From Desulfuromonadales bacterium (GTDB lineage: Bacteria; Desulfobacterota; Desulfuromonadia; Desulfuromonadales; SZUA-540), in the NCBI GenBank assembly GCA_033549025.1, contig JAWSUS010000014.1, forward strand, positions 20,622-84,621: a stretch of DNA of 64,000 bases, read 5' to 3'. The translations under genes and the position numbers were made by a program. Within the stretch, counting starts at the first letter, position 1. Each line of letters opens with the position of its first letter. Shown here piece by piece: positions 9,642 to 18,770 of the stretch. Below the pieces are notes generated by a model that searched no databases, was not told the DNA's origin, and saw nothing but the letters and a program-made list of their open reading frames with translations.

Positions 9642-9653
9642 GGGAGGCGCCAT

Positions 9654-10571
9654 ATGAAAGCACTGCTGATTGCTGAATACAGAGATGGAAACCTGCTGGG
9701 CTCCACCTACGAACTGCTGGCCTTCGCCGACAAGCTGGGGGCCGAAACGGTCATGTTCCTCGCCGGCAGCGAACAGGTGCAGCCGGCCTATGACGGCACC
9801 CTCTACCTGGCGGACGTGGCGGACTGCGGCGAGTACAATCCCGAGGGGCACCGGGAACTGATCCTGTCGGTAGTGGAGAAGGAAAAACCCGACCTCGTGG
9901 TTTTTTCCCACTCTTCATACGGCTGGGATCTCGCCCCCCGCGTGGCGCTGGCCCTGCAGGCCCCCCAGATCTCCGAGGTGGTGGAGATCGGCGAAGAGGG
10001 CGACTACGTGGTGCCCGCCTGCAACGCCAAGCTGCGACGGCGCCTTGCCGGTGACGCTCCGGTGACGGTGCTGACGCTGCAGGCGGGCGCTTTCAATCCC
10101 CAGGGGGCACCGTCCGGTACGCCTCAGCTGGAGAAACTGACGGCAGCGGCCCCCGCTTCTCTGGAATTTTTAGGCTACGAGGCGGCGGAGAAGGCCGAGG
10201 TCGATCTGGCCAAGGCCGAAGTCATCGTCAGTGCTGGGCGCGGTATTGGCAAGCCGGAAAATATGGCCCTGGTCGCCGCCCTGGCCGAAGCCCTTGGCGG
10301 TGAATATGCCGCCAGCCGCCCCGTGGTGGACGCAGGCTGGGCCGATCACAGCCGGCAGGTGGGCACGACCGGGCAAACCGTGGCACCGAAGCTTTATGTG
10401 GCCTGCGGCATTTCCGGGGCGATTCAGCACTTGGCGGGGATGAAAAAGTCGGGATTCATTGTCGCCATCAATACGGACAAGGATGCGCCCATTGGCGAAG
10501 TCGCCGACGTGCTGGTCGTGGCCGACCTCAAACAGTTCGTGCCGGCGCTGACGGCGAAGCTGAAGGGGTAG
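9654..10571 (+). CDS. etfA: electron transfer flavoprotein subunit alpha
   Basis: FAD-binding motifs SRPVVDAGW, QVGTTG and GISGAIQHLAGM. Confidence 0.95.
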   Translation: MKALLIAEYRDGNLLGSTYELLAFADKLGAETVMFLAGSEQVQPAYDGTLYLADVADCGEYNPEGHRELILSVVEKEKPDLVVFSHSSYGWDLAPRVALALQAPQISEVVEIGEEGDYVVPACNAKLRRRLAGDAPVTVLTLQAGAFNPQGAPSGTPQLEKLTAAAPASLEFLGYEAAEKAEVDLAKAEVIVSAGRGIGKPENMALVAALAEALGGEYAASRPVVDAGWADHSRQVGTTGQTVAPKLYVACGISGAIQHLAGMKKSGFIVAINTDKDAPIGEVADVLVVADLKQFVPALTAKLKG

Positions 10572-10597
10572 ACGGAACCATCGCCTTGACCTGATGC

Positions 10598-10640
10598 AAA
10601 AAAACGGGGACCGCACTCAGTTGCGGACCCCGTTTTTTTT
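10598..10640. terminator. bidirectional rho-independent terminator
   Basis: A7-CGGGGACCGCA-loop-TGCGGACCCCG-T8 between convergent genes. Confidence 0.85.
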
Positions 10641-10663
10641 ATCAAAGAGTGACGTCGCCCCCT

Positions 10664-12103
10664 TCAGTTTTTTCCCAGGAGATTGTCGGTGATCAACTTG
10701 TCGAGTTGTTTCTTCTTGATCTTTTCCAGCAGAGTGGTGCGTTTGAGGTTGAGCAATTGCGCCGCCTCTTTCTTGTTGCCGCCCGTTTTCATCAGGGCCT
10801 GAAGAATGAGCCGGTCCTCGAATTCGCTGACCCGGGTGTTGAAATCGGCCCCTTCCTGCAGCTCGTCCGTGCCCGGGATAGCCATTTCCGGGACAGCCTC
10901 GAAGATTTCGGGCAGGTTCTCCGTGTACTTCTCCGGCAGGTCCGCCAGCTGGATTGTTTCGCCGCCATGCAGGATGACCAGCCGCTGCACCAGGTTTTCC
11001 AGTTCGCGCACGTTGCCGGGCCAGGGGCAGGCCATCAGCGCTTGCATGGCTTCGGGCGAAAAGCCCTGCAGGGGGTGCTTTTTGCCGCGGTTGTACACCT
11101 GCATGAATTTGTTGATGAGAACAGGGATGTCTTCCCGGCGTTCGCGCAGAGGCGGAATGGTGATGGGGACGACGCTCAGCCGGTAATAGAGATCTTCGCG
11201 GAAGGTGCCCTCTTTGACCGCTTTTTCCAGGTCCCGGTGGGTGGCGGCCACTACCCGCACATCGACCTTGATCGGTTTGACACCGCCGACCGGTTCAAAT
11301 TCTTTCTCCTGCAGAATCCTCAGCAGCTTGGCCTGCAGGTTGGGTTTCATGTCGCCGATTTCATCCAGAAAAAGGGTGCCGCCGTCGGCGTACTGTACCC
11401 GGCCCTTCTTGGCCTGGTTGGCGCCGGTGAAGGCTCCCTTTTCGTAGCCGAAGAGCTCGCTTTCCAGCAGTTCGTCAGGGATGGCGGCGCAGTTCACCGG
11501 GACGAAGTTCTTGCCGTCCCGGGGACTCAAGGCGTGGATGGCCTTGGAGATGAGTTCTTTACCGGTGCCGCTTTCGCCCTGGATAAGGACGGTGCTCATG
11601 CCGTCATCGGCGATTTTCTCCACCAGGTTGAAAAGTTTCTGCATCTTGGGAGACTTGCCGATAATGCCGTGAAACCCTTCGCTTTTACGGATCTTGGCCC
11701 CTTTGCTCTCTTTGTGGGTCTGCAGGTCGTGATGCGTCAGACTGCGGGCGGCGACAATGACCGCCTCCTCCAGGTCAAAAGGACTGTTGATATAGAAGAG
11801 GGCCCCGGCATTCAGCGCTTCAAGAATGGCCTGGCGATTGTCCGCGGGCAGGCTGATAACGGCCATCATCGCCGGGTGGCGCTGGCGAATCTCCTGCATG
11901 AGCGTCAGCCCGCCCTTGTCGGGGAGAAAGATGTCGGTGATGAGCAGAGAGATGTCGAGGCCCGACACGGCCTGCAGGGCCATGGCGGGATTGTCCGCCT
12001 CGATGACCATGCATTCGATGTTTTTGCGCAATTTGACGGCGAGGGCCTGTCGCCCGGCCAGATCGGAAGAAACCAGTAGAATACTGCGCACGCAGGTCTC
12101 CAT
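10664..12103 (-). CDS. sigma54-dependent enhancer-binding protein with atypical receiver domain; probable flagellar master regulator (FgrM/FlrA-like)
   Basis: GESGTGKE, GAFTGA, LFLDEIG, WPGNVREL and a Fis-type HTH; flanks the che/fla cluster. Confidence 0.9.
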   Translation of the reverse strand: METCVRSILLVSSDLAGRQALAVKLRKNIECMVIEADNPAMALQAVSGLDISLLITDIFLPDKGGLTLMQEIRQRHPAMMAVISLPADNRQAILEALNAGALFYINSPFDLEEAVIVAARSLTHHDLQTHKESKGAKIRKSEGFHGIIGKSPKMQKLFNLVEKIADDGMSTVLIQGESGTGKELISKAIHALSPRDGKNFVPVNCAAIPDELLESELFGYEKGAFTGANQAKKGRVQYADGGTLFLDEIGDMKPNLQAKLLRILQEKEFEPVGGVKPIKVDVRVVAATHRDLEKAVKEGTFREDLYYRLSVVPITIPPLRERREDIPVLINKFMQVYNRGKKHPLQGFSPEAMQALMACPWPGNVRELENLVQRLVILHGGETIQLADLPEKYTENLPEIFEAVPEMAIPGTDELQEGADFNTRVSEFEDRLILQALMKTGGNKKEAAQLLNLKRTTLLEKIKKKQLDKLITDNLLGKN

Positions 12104-12172
12104 GGGCTAGAGATGGGAGCAACCTGGCGGGTCTCGAAGACGCCAGCCGGCCATTTGATGGGATACTGCTCT

Positions 12173-13975
12173 TTAGCGGGATTGCGCCTGAGAGGTTCTC
12201 AAATGGGCCTGGGCTTTCTGGACGATCTCGCCGCCGTCGCTTGGGGTCACCAGAATATCGGTGACGCCATATTTGACGGCCTTGATCACGCTGGACCGGG
12301 TCCACTGGGGGCCGGCAGCGATCAGCGGCTGTCCTTTTTTGAGGGCGGCTCGCACCTTGATTATGGCAGCCAGGCTCTGAGAATTCACATCCCGCATAAC
12401 CAGGAAAACGATGCGGGCGCCGCTGGTGGCAAACGCCTCGTTAAAGTTTTCTTGGAATGTGAAATGTTTACATTGATACCCCGCCCCTGTCAAGTTTTTG
12501 ACAAAGGGTTCTGCGTCTTTTGTCTCCTCGGCGACCACGATGGCCGCCCCGGTGCCGGAGTCATCCTGCGGTTCAGGGGTTGCGGGAACGGTGGCCTCGG
12601 CCTTGCCGGGACCAGAAGAAGAGGGTTCTTGGGCGGCGGGGGCCGCTTGGGGCGCCGCCTTGCGCTGCTCGGGAGGGATATAGCCCAGGATGGAGAGGGG
12701 GATCAGGATGTCAAGCTGTCCCAGGTCCTTGCTGCCCATGCGCATGGAGCAGGACGAAAGATAGTAGTCGTTGGGTGGGAAGGGAGAGAGCCCCTGGGCA
12801 TCGGTCTCCTCGGGGACAAAGGTTTCTACCTCGGTTTTGACAAAACGAATTTTGCGTGGAAAAAGCTTGGGAAATATCTGGCTGTAGGTGCCGGCAATCA
12901 GGTTGCTGATTTCGCCGAAGGCGTCCTTTTCTTCTCCTTCCAGCAGAGATTTTCGCAGGTTTTTGGCGATGGTCTCCGGTGGCAGCAGGATCAGGGTTCC
13001 CCCCAGGGTGATCGCGCTCTTCAGATCGACCACCAGGTAGGCCTCGCCGCTGGCATCACCGGAAACGGCGAGGGTGGTGGAGACGGAGTAATCCCTCGGC
13101 AGGGTCAGGTAGGCCTGCTTGTTGACAACCCGGCCGCTGTAGCCCGAAAAGGTAATTTCCTGGCCGAGGAAGGCCCCGAGCTCCTCTTCGATCTGGTTGA
13201 AGCCGGCCTGCAGGGTCTTCTCAATGTCCTTGGCAGTGATGCCGGGGTCTTCTGCCGGAGGGGAGGGTTCGGAAACCTCGGCCGCAGGAACCTCTGGGGG
13301 TGCTTCGGCCGCCGCCGGCCAACCCGGTGCCGCGGCCGAAGGCTCCTCTTTTTTCTTGTCTTCCGCTTTGTCGCCGGATTTACCCGGAGAGGCGGCCGCT
13401 TCGTTTTCCTGGTATTCCAGCAGGTCCAACGGAAAGAGGGCTTCGAGTTGACCGAGGCTTTTGCCCTTCAGCATCAGCTCGGAGGTCGACAGATAATAGC
13501 GGCCTTCCGGGAACGGCTCGTCCGAAGCCGGATCCATTTCCTCCGGGATGTAGGATTTGACCTCAGTCTTTTTGAAGTGCAGCTTGTGGGGGAAATGCTT
13601 GGCGAAGGTGTTGGAATAGGCCCCGGCGATGATGTTGGCCACTTCGCCGAAGGCGTCTGCTTCTTCTTCCTCCAGGGTGGCCTTCATGAGGCGTTTGTTG
13701 ATGAGATCCTGGGGCAGCATGACCAGGGTGGAGCCCAGGGTGATCGCCGCTTTCAGGTCGAGAACAAGGTAGCTGGTGCCCTTGAGACCGCCGGAGACTT
13801 CCAGCTTGGAAACGACGAAGTAGTCCCGTGGACCGGAAAGGAAATCAGTGCGCGAAACGGGCCGGCTGCGATGTTTCTGCAGAGTGACTTCGGCGCCGAG
13901 CAGGCCGGAGATTTCCTCTTCGATGTTCTCAATACTGGCGTTAAGTACTTTTTCTACAGCTACCTTGGTCGTCAT
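12173..13975 (-). CDS. protein with two tandem CheC/FliY-like domains and a C-terminal pseudo-receiver domain
   Basis: Internal duplication of about 190 aa, each copy with DAFGE-xx-N-IAG; Pro/Ala-rich linkers; REC-like C-terminus. Confidence 0.75.
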   Translation of the reverse strand: MTTKVAVEKVLNASIENIEEEISGLLGAEVTLQKHRSRPVSRTDFLSGPRDYFVVSKLEVSGGLKGTSYLVLDLKAAITLGSTLVMLPQDLINKRLMKATLEEEEADAFGEVANIIAGAYSNTFAKHFPHKLHFKKTEVKSYIPEEMDPASDEPFPEGRYYLSTSELMLKGKSLGQLEALFPLDLLEYQENEAAASPGKSGDKAEDKKKEEPSAAAPGWPAAAEAPPEVPAAEVSEPSPPAEDPGITAKDIEKTLQAGFNQIEEELGAFLGQEITFSGYSGRVVNKQAYLTLPRDYSVSTTLAVSGDASGEAYLVVDLKSAITLGGTLILLPPETIAKNLRKSLLEGEEKDAFGEISNLIAGTYSQIFPKLFPRKIRFVKTEVETFVPEETDAQGLSPFPPNDYYLSSCSMRMGSKDLGQLDILIPLSILGYIPPEQRKAAPQAAPAAQEPSSSGPGKAEATVPATPEPQDDSGTGAAIVVAEETKDAEPFVKNLTGAGYQCKHFTFQENFNEAFATSGARIVFLVMRDVNSQSLAAIIKVRAALKKGQPLIAAGPQWTRSSVIKAVKYGVTDILVTPSDGGEIVQKAQAHLRTSQAQSR

Positions 13976-13989
13976 GCAATCTCTGCGTG

Positions 13990-14505
13990 TCAGGACTTTT
14001 GCGGTTTGATCTTCAGTTCAACCAGGAAGGTCCCTTCGGGTACGGTAAAGGGGATGATCACCCAGTCGGCGTCGGTCAGGTTGTTGATGTTGTAGGATTT
14101 GCCGGCGACCACGGTGGGCACGGACAGCTTGATATCCTGGTTGTTGGCGCTGAACGCCTCCTTGATGCCACCGGTAACCATATTGGCCAGCTCACCGATC
14201 GCGTCGATTACATCGTCGTTGACCTCCGTGACATCCATGCCCAGAAAATTCGCCGTTATGGCCATGGCGACGGCATCCGGACAGTGGATGGTCACCATGC
14301 CGCGGATATCCCCGGAAAAGCCGAGGATACCCGATACATGGCAGCGAAACGACTGCACCTGCTCTTTGGCCGGAGGCCCGGCAGACAGGTCCATGGGGAT
14401 CATGGTTTCAAAAATCTCACGGGTTGTGCTGACGATTATTTGTTGCAGTTCTTCCTGCAAAGGTTCCTCCTGGAGACCATCACCCGCCAGCCGGGGTGGC
14501 ATCAT
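13990..14505 (-). CDS. cheX: chemotaxis phosphatase CheX
   Basis: Motifs DAIGELANMVTGG and LSVPTVV; exact start uncertain. Confidence 0.88.
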   Translation of the reverse strand: MMPPRLAGDGLQEEPLQEELQQIIVSTTREIFETMIPMDLSAGPPAKEQVQSFRCHVSGILGFSGDIRGMVTIHCPDAVAMAITANFLGMDVTEVNDDVIDAIGELANMVTGGIKEAFSANNQDIKLSVPTVVAGKSYNINNLTDADWVIIPFTVPEGTFLVELKIKPQKS

Positions 14506-14566
14506 ACGTCGAATGCCACCGGAAGGCGAGGGTTAAGGTGCCGAAAAGACCGGGCTGAACGCGCGG

Positions 14567-15022
14567 TCAGCGGGCAATTTGCAGTTCGACCAGAAAATCC
14601 CCGGCGGGGATGGCAAAGGGAATGGTCACCCAGTCCGCATCCGCCAGGCAGTTCAGGGTGTATTCCTCACCGTGAATCGCCGAAGGGATGGACAGGGTAA
14701 TATCTTTGCCGTTGCCGCTCAGGACCATTTTGATGTTGCCGGCCAGCATGTTGGCCAGCTCGCCGATGGCGTCCTTGACGTCGTCGTTGATTTCGGTGGT
14801 TTCCATGCCGAGAAAACTGGTGGTGATGGCCATGGCCACCGGATCTGGTGTGTGGATGGCTATCATCCCCTTGCAGGTTCCCGCCAGTCCCACCATGGCC
14901 GAAACGGAATTCCGAAAAGAGGTCATCTTTTTGCTCAGAGGCGCCTTCGGGGTCACGTCGAGCATCACCATGGTCTCAAAGATTTCCTTGGTGGCCTCGA
15001 TAATGTTCTGCTGCAGTTCCAA
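14567..15022 (-). CDS. cheX: chemotaxis phosphatase CheX
   Basis: Motif DAIGELANMLAG; TTG start after AAGGAGG; clear paralog of the neighbouring gene. Confidence 0.9.
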   Translation of the reverse strand: MELQQNIIEATKEIFETMVMLDVTPKAPLSKKMTSFRNSVSAMVGLAGTCKGMIAIHTPDPVAMAITTSFLGMETTEINDDVKDAIGELANMLAGNIKMVLSGNGKDITLSIPSAIHGEEYTLNCLADADWVTIPFAIPAGDFLVELQIAR

Positions 15023-15037
15023 ACTGTCCTCCTTGCC

Positions 15038-15409
15038 TTAAAGAAGTCCGCCGAGGGTCTCTTCGATCTGCTCCGGAGTGAAGGGCTTTTTGATGCTCCC
15101 CTTGGCCCCCAGGGATTTGGCCTCACCCAGAATATCCGCGCCGGCTTCGGTGGTGATCATAACCACGGGGATATCTTTGATGTCGGCGCGGGTGGCCTTC
15201 TGACGCAAAAATTCGATGCCGTCCATGTTTGGCATATTGATGTCGCTGAGAATCAGGTCGACTTTCTGGCCTTCGAGCAGGGCCAGGGCTTCGGCCCCAT
15301 CCCCGGCTTCGACAATTTCTCCCACATCGATGCCCGCCTGCCGCAGGGAGCGAGTCACGATTTTACGCATGGTGTTGGAGTCGTCGACGATCAGTATCTT
15401 TTTACCCAT
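15038..15409 (-). CDS. cheY: chemotaxis response regulator CheY
   Basis: Single REC domain with VDD, SDINMP, TTE and KPF all intact. Confidence 0.9.
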   Translation of the reverse strand: MGKKILIVDDSNTMRKIVTRSLRQAGIDVGEIVEAGDGAEALALLEGQKVDLILSDINMPNMDGIEFLRQKATRADIKDIPVVMITTEAGADILGEAKSLGAKGSIKKPFTPEQIEETLGGLL

Positions 15410-15453
15410 TTTTTGTCTTCTCCTTGTTGAGTGTCGGTGGATGTCCGTTTCGT

Positions 15454-15951
15454 TTATTTCGTGTCCGATCGAACCAGATCGGTCAGGTTGTCCGTCAGGG
15501 TGCCCAGCAGGGTGACGGCAAAAGTTTTTTCACCCGCTTCAAAATGCCACTGCATCAGGGGCGCGTCGGCAATGGCGCTGTCGAAATCGCAGGATTCCGG
15601 CAGCCCCAGGCTGAACTCCTGATGGTCAACGAGAACCTCGGAGAGAAAGCGGCCGGCGGCGGTGTTGAGAATTTCAGACAGCAGATCGTGCAGACTGCTT
15701 TCGGTCAGGGTTTCCCGCGGTTCCGCGTATACAGCTTCGCCCATCTCTTCGAGCAGATTCCTCGGCATGAAAAGTTTGAACTCCCATTGCACCGGCTCGT
15801 GTACGAGCAGGCTGACGCAATGAAGGCCTTCCTGATCCAGCTCGGAGTCTTCGCTGGGGAGTTCTTCGACGGGCATGAAGGTCATGCCCTCCAGAACCTC
15901 GCGGATGGCGCGGGTCATGCCGGTTCTGAGTGTGGCTTGGATCGGGTCCAT
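15454..15951 (-). CDS. divergent CheX-like protein
   Basis: DLLSEILNTAAG (ExxN motif) and FSLGLP; CheX size; located between two cheY genes. Confidence 0.65.
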   Translation of the reverse strand: MDPIQATLRTGMTRAIREVLEGMTFMPVEELPSEDSELDQEGLHCVSLLVHEPVQWEFKLFMPRNLLEEMGEAVYAEPRETLTESSLHDLLSEILNTAAGRFLSEVLVDHQEFSLGLPESCDFDSAIADAPLMQWHFEAGEKTFAVTLLGTLTDNLTDLVRSDTK

Positions 15952-15963
15952 GGTGTCTCCTGT

Positions 15964-16335
15964 TTATTTCAGCAAAAAGCCGAGAGTATCCATCAGCACG
16001 GTAGGGGTGACCGGTTTGTTGATGACCCGCAAAGCCCCCAGTTCCAGAAGCCGGGCCTCCTTGGCCGGATTGCCGGCGCTGGTGATGACCACCACGGGCA
16101 GAGAGGACAGCTTGGGGTTGGCCCGGATCCATTTCAGCAGGGCCTCGCCATCCATCTGGGGCATGTTCAGGTCGGTCACCAGCAGGTCGGTGGGGGCTTC
16201 TTTCAGCTGCGCCAGGGCCTCGCGCCCGTTGGCCGCTTCGACAAAGGTCTCGTCGCGCAGGCCGATGATTTCAAGGCAGCGGCGAATGAACATCCGGGCG
16301 GTGCTGGAGTCGTCCGCTATGACAATGCGTTTCAC
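15964..16335 (-). CDS. single-domain response regulator (CheY-like)
   Basis: Motifs ADD, TDLNMP, TS and KP; GTG start. Confidence 0.88.
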   Translation of the reverse strand: MKRIVIADDSSTARMFIRRCLEIIGLRDETFVEAANGREALAQLKEAPTDLLVTDLNMPQMDGEALLKWIRANPKLSSLPVVVITSAGNPAKEARLLELGALRVINKPVTPTVLMDTLGFLLK

Positions 16336-16336
16336 T

Positions 16337-17221
16337 TCAATTCTCCTTCGTCTCGTGAAAAGAGGCTTCGATGCGGCGGAACTCCTCTTCCGTTTCCAGC
16401 AGAATGAGGGCCAGGTCGTCGAAGGTCAAATCCAGATAGTCGCTGTATTTCTGGTCCAGGGGATATTGCAGCGTATCGGCGCCGGTGCCGCAGCCTCCCA
16501 TCATGGCGATGATGTCACCGACGTGGACCGCATACACTAGGGCGCGATAGGCCTCCGGCGCCTCCTGCGGCTGATGGTGGTAGCGGATGATCATTTGCAG
16601 CGGCTCGGGGAGGAGCCAGCTTTTGGCCACCTCGAAGCCGGCCTCGGCGTGATCGATCCCCAGCAGGGCTCTTTCCCCTTCGAGATAATCGGCGATGGCA
16701 TGTTTTTCCAGGCTTTCGACGAGCTCCGGCGCCGTGTCGTGCAGGAAGTCGGAGAGGATGCCCTTGCCGATATCGTGCAGAATGCCGCCAGTGAAAGCCA
16801 GGCCGGCGTTCAGTTCCACCCGGGCTTTCTGGCTGACGTGTCGGGAGGCCATGGCGGTGAGCAGATCGTGACGCCAGAGCACGCCTTTTTCACCGTCGTA
16901 GCCGGCCAGAGGTTTGTAGAAGAGTGCCCCGGCGTTATCGCCCAGAGCGATGCTGACCACCAGTCGTTCGCCCAGGTAGGCCACGGCCCGGTCGATGGAT
17001 TCGACCTTGTTGAGCAGACCGAAGGCGGCCGAATTGACGACGCGCAGAACGTGGGCCGTCAGGGTGGCATCGCATTTGACGACGTCGACGACCTCGCCCA
17101 AGTCATGTTCGGGGTCGGCGGTCAGCTCCAGCAGTCGCGAGGCGCTGGGGGACAGCAGCGGGACCCGGCGGATGGCCTCAATAACGGTGTCGCGATCAAA
17201 TTTTCTATTCATGGCAGTCAT
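16337..17221 (-). CDS. HDOD domain-containing protein
   Basis: Motifs VLRVVNSAAFG, AVAYLG, LHDIGK, GIDHAEAG and IRYHHQP. Confidence 0.9.
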   Translation of the reverse strand: MTAMNRKFDRDTVIEAIRRVPLLSPSASRLLELTADPEHDLGEVVDVVKCDATLTAHVLRVVNSAAFGLLNKVESIDRAVAYLGERLVVSIALGDNAGALFYKPLAGYDGEKGVLWRHDLLTAMASRHVSQKARVELNAGLAFTGGILHDIGKGILSDFLHDTAPELVESLEKHAIADYLEGERALLGIDHAEAGFEVAKSWLLPEPLQMIIRYHHQPQEAPEAYRALVYAVHVGDIIAMMGGCGTGADTLQYPLDQKYSDYLDLTFDDLALILLETEEEFRRIEASFHETKEN

Positions 17222-17223
17222 CC

Positions 17224-17712
17224 CTAAAGTGTCCAGTTGCTGCGCCCCGGCGACGACAGGGTAATGACACCCGTATCGACGGAAACGGAGACGGTGCGGC
17301 TGTAGTTGCCGCCGAGGTCTTCGGCAACGGCGCCCATGCCGTGGGCCCAGAGAATCTTCTTGATCGCCAGTTCGTTGCGCTTGCCGATATTGAACGTATC
17401 GTTGGGGTCCATGATTTTGGCGCCGCCGGCCAGCTTGACGATCAAGCCGCGGCCCCGGGGATCGCAGCCGAATTTGACCATCTCCCGCAGCAGGGCGGGG
17501 ATGCCCGTGTCGGCAAAGTAGCCGGGGCGCTCGGCGCTTTTGGCCGGGTTGATGCGCGACTCGGGCAGGGCCACGTGCAACATGCCCACCGTGCGCGTCT
17601 TCGGGTCCATCAGGACGACGGCGACGCAGGAGCCGAGCGCGTAGGTCTTGACCTGATCCCCCGTATGGTTGCTGGCGCCGAAATCGCCGACGCCGAGGAC
17701 GATAGCACTCAT
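17224..17712 (-). CDS. cheD: chemoreceptor glutamine deamidase CheD
   Basis: Motifs LGSCVAV, GMLHVALP, KLAGGA and IGKRN. Confidence 0.93.
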   Translation of the reverse strand: MSAIVLGVGDFGASNHTGDQVKTYALGSCVAVVLMDPKTRTVGMLHVALPESRINPAKSAERPGYFADTGIPALLREMVKFGCDPRGRGLIVKLAGGAKIMDPNDTFNIGKRNELAIKKILWAHGMGAVAEDLGGNYSRTVSVSVDTGVITLSSPGRSNWTL

Positions 17713-18770
17713 TTTTTCTTCTCCGTCAGCAAGCGGATGACCTCGTCGGCCATATCGTCAATAGGCAGGAGTCGTTCGGCACCCCCTTTGTCGAAGGCGA
17801 CCTTGGGCATGCCGAAGACGACAGATGTCGCCTCGTCCTGGGCGATGTTGCGGGCCCCGGCCTGGCGCATGGCCAGCATGCCGGTGGCGCCGTCCGAGCC
17901 CATGCCGGTGAGCATGACACCGACGGCGTTGGCCCCCACCTGCTCGGCGACGGAGTGCATGAGAACGTCAACGGAGGGGCAGTGGCCGCTGACCTTTTCG
18001 CCGGCTTCGCAGGCGACCTGGTAGATGCCACCGGAACGCCGCACCCGCATGTGCAGACCGCCGGGAGCGACGAGAATGCGGCCCGGCATGATGCGGTCTC
18101 CCGACTCGGCTTCCTTGACCTCCATGGCGCACAGCTGATTGAGGCGGTCCGAAAACATTTTGGTAAAGCCCGCCGGCATGTGCTGCACGATGACCACGCC
18201 CGGCATGGTGGAGGGAAACTGGGTGATGACTTTCTTGATCGCCTCGGTTCCCCCCGTCGAGGCGCCGATGGCAATAACCTTGTCTGTCGATTCGGCCAGA
18301 GCCCCGCTGCCGGGCGCCGGCTTCCGGCTGGGCAGTGTGGTCCGTTTGCTCTTCCAGTGGGAGACATTGGCGGTGGAGGCGATTTTGACCTTGGAGCGCA
18401 GCTCCAGCATCATGGCGGCCAGGCCCCGTGCCATATCCGTCGTCGGCTTGGCGACGAAGTCGACGGCGCCCGCTTCCAGGGCGTCGATGGTGATCTGCTT
18501 CCCCTTCTGGGTGAGGGAGCTGACCATGACCACGGGCAGGGGATACTGGGGCATCAGGCGGCGCAGGAACTCGACGCCGTCCATGCGCGGCATCTCCACG
18601 TCAAGGGTGAGGACGTCGGGCTTGAGCTCGACGATCTTGTCCCGGGCCATATAGGGATCGGAGGCAGTGCCGACGACTTCAATCCCCGGATCCATGGCCA
18701 GACCGCTGGAGAGGATCTGGCGGACGAGGGCGGAATCATCGACAACGAGAACGCGTACTTTATGGGCCAT
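17709..18770 (-). CDS. cheB: chemotaxis protein-glutamate methylesterase CheB
   Basis: REC domain plus GASTGG, VQHMP and LTGMGSDG. Confidence 0.96.
   Translation of the reverse strand: MAHKVRVLVVDDSALVRQILSSGLAMDPGIEVVGTASDPYMARDKIVELKPDVLTLDVEMPRMDGVEFLRRLMPQYPLPVVMVSSLTQKGKQITIDALEAGAVDFVAKPTTDMARGLAAMMLELRSKVKIASTANVSHWKSKRTTLPSRKPAPGSGALAESTDKVIAIGASTGGTEAIKKVITQFPSTMPGVVIVQHMPAGFTKMFSDRLNQLCAMEVKEAESGDRIMPGRILVAPGGLHMRVRRSGGIYQVACEAGEKVSGHCPSVDVLMHSVAEQVGANAVGVMLTGMGSDGATGMLAMRQAGARNIAQDEATSVVFGMPKVAFDKGGAERLLPIDDMADEVIRLLTEKKK

Noticed and set aside
10649..14095. Long plus-strand ORFs 10649-12079 and 12113-14095
   Set aside because: Antisense shadows of well-supported minus-strand genes; no motifs; expected in high-GC coding DNA
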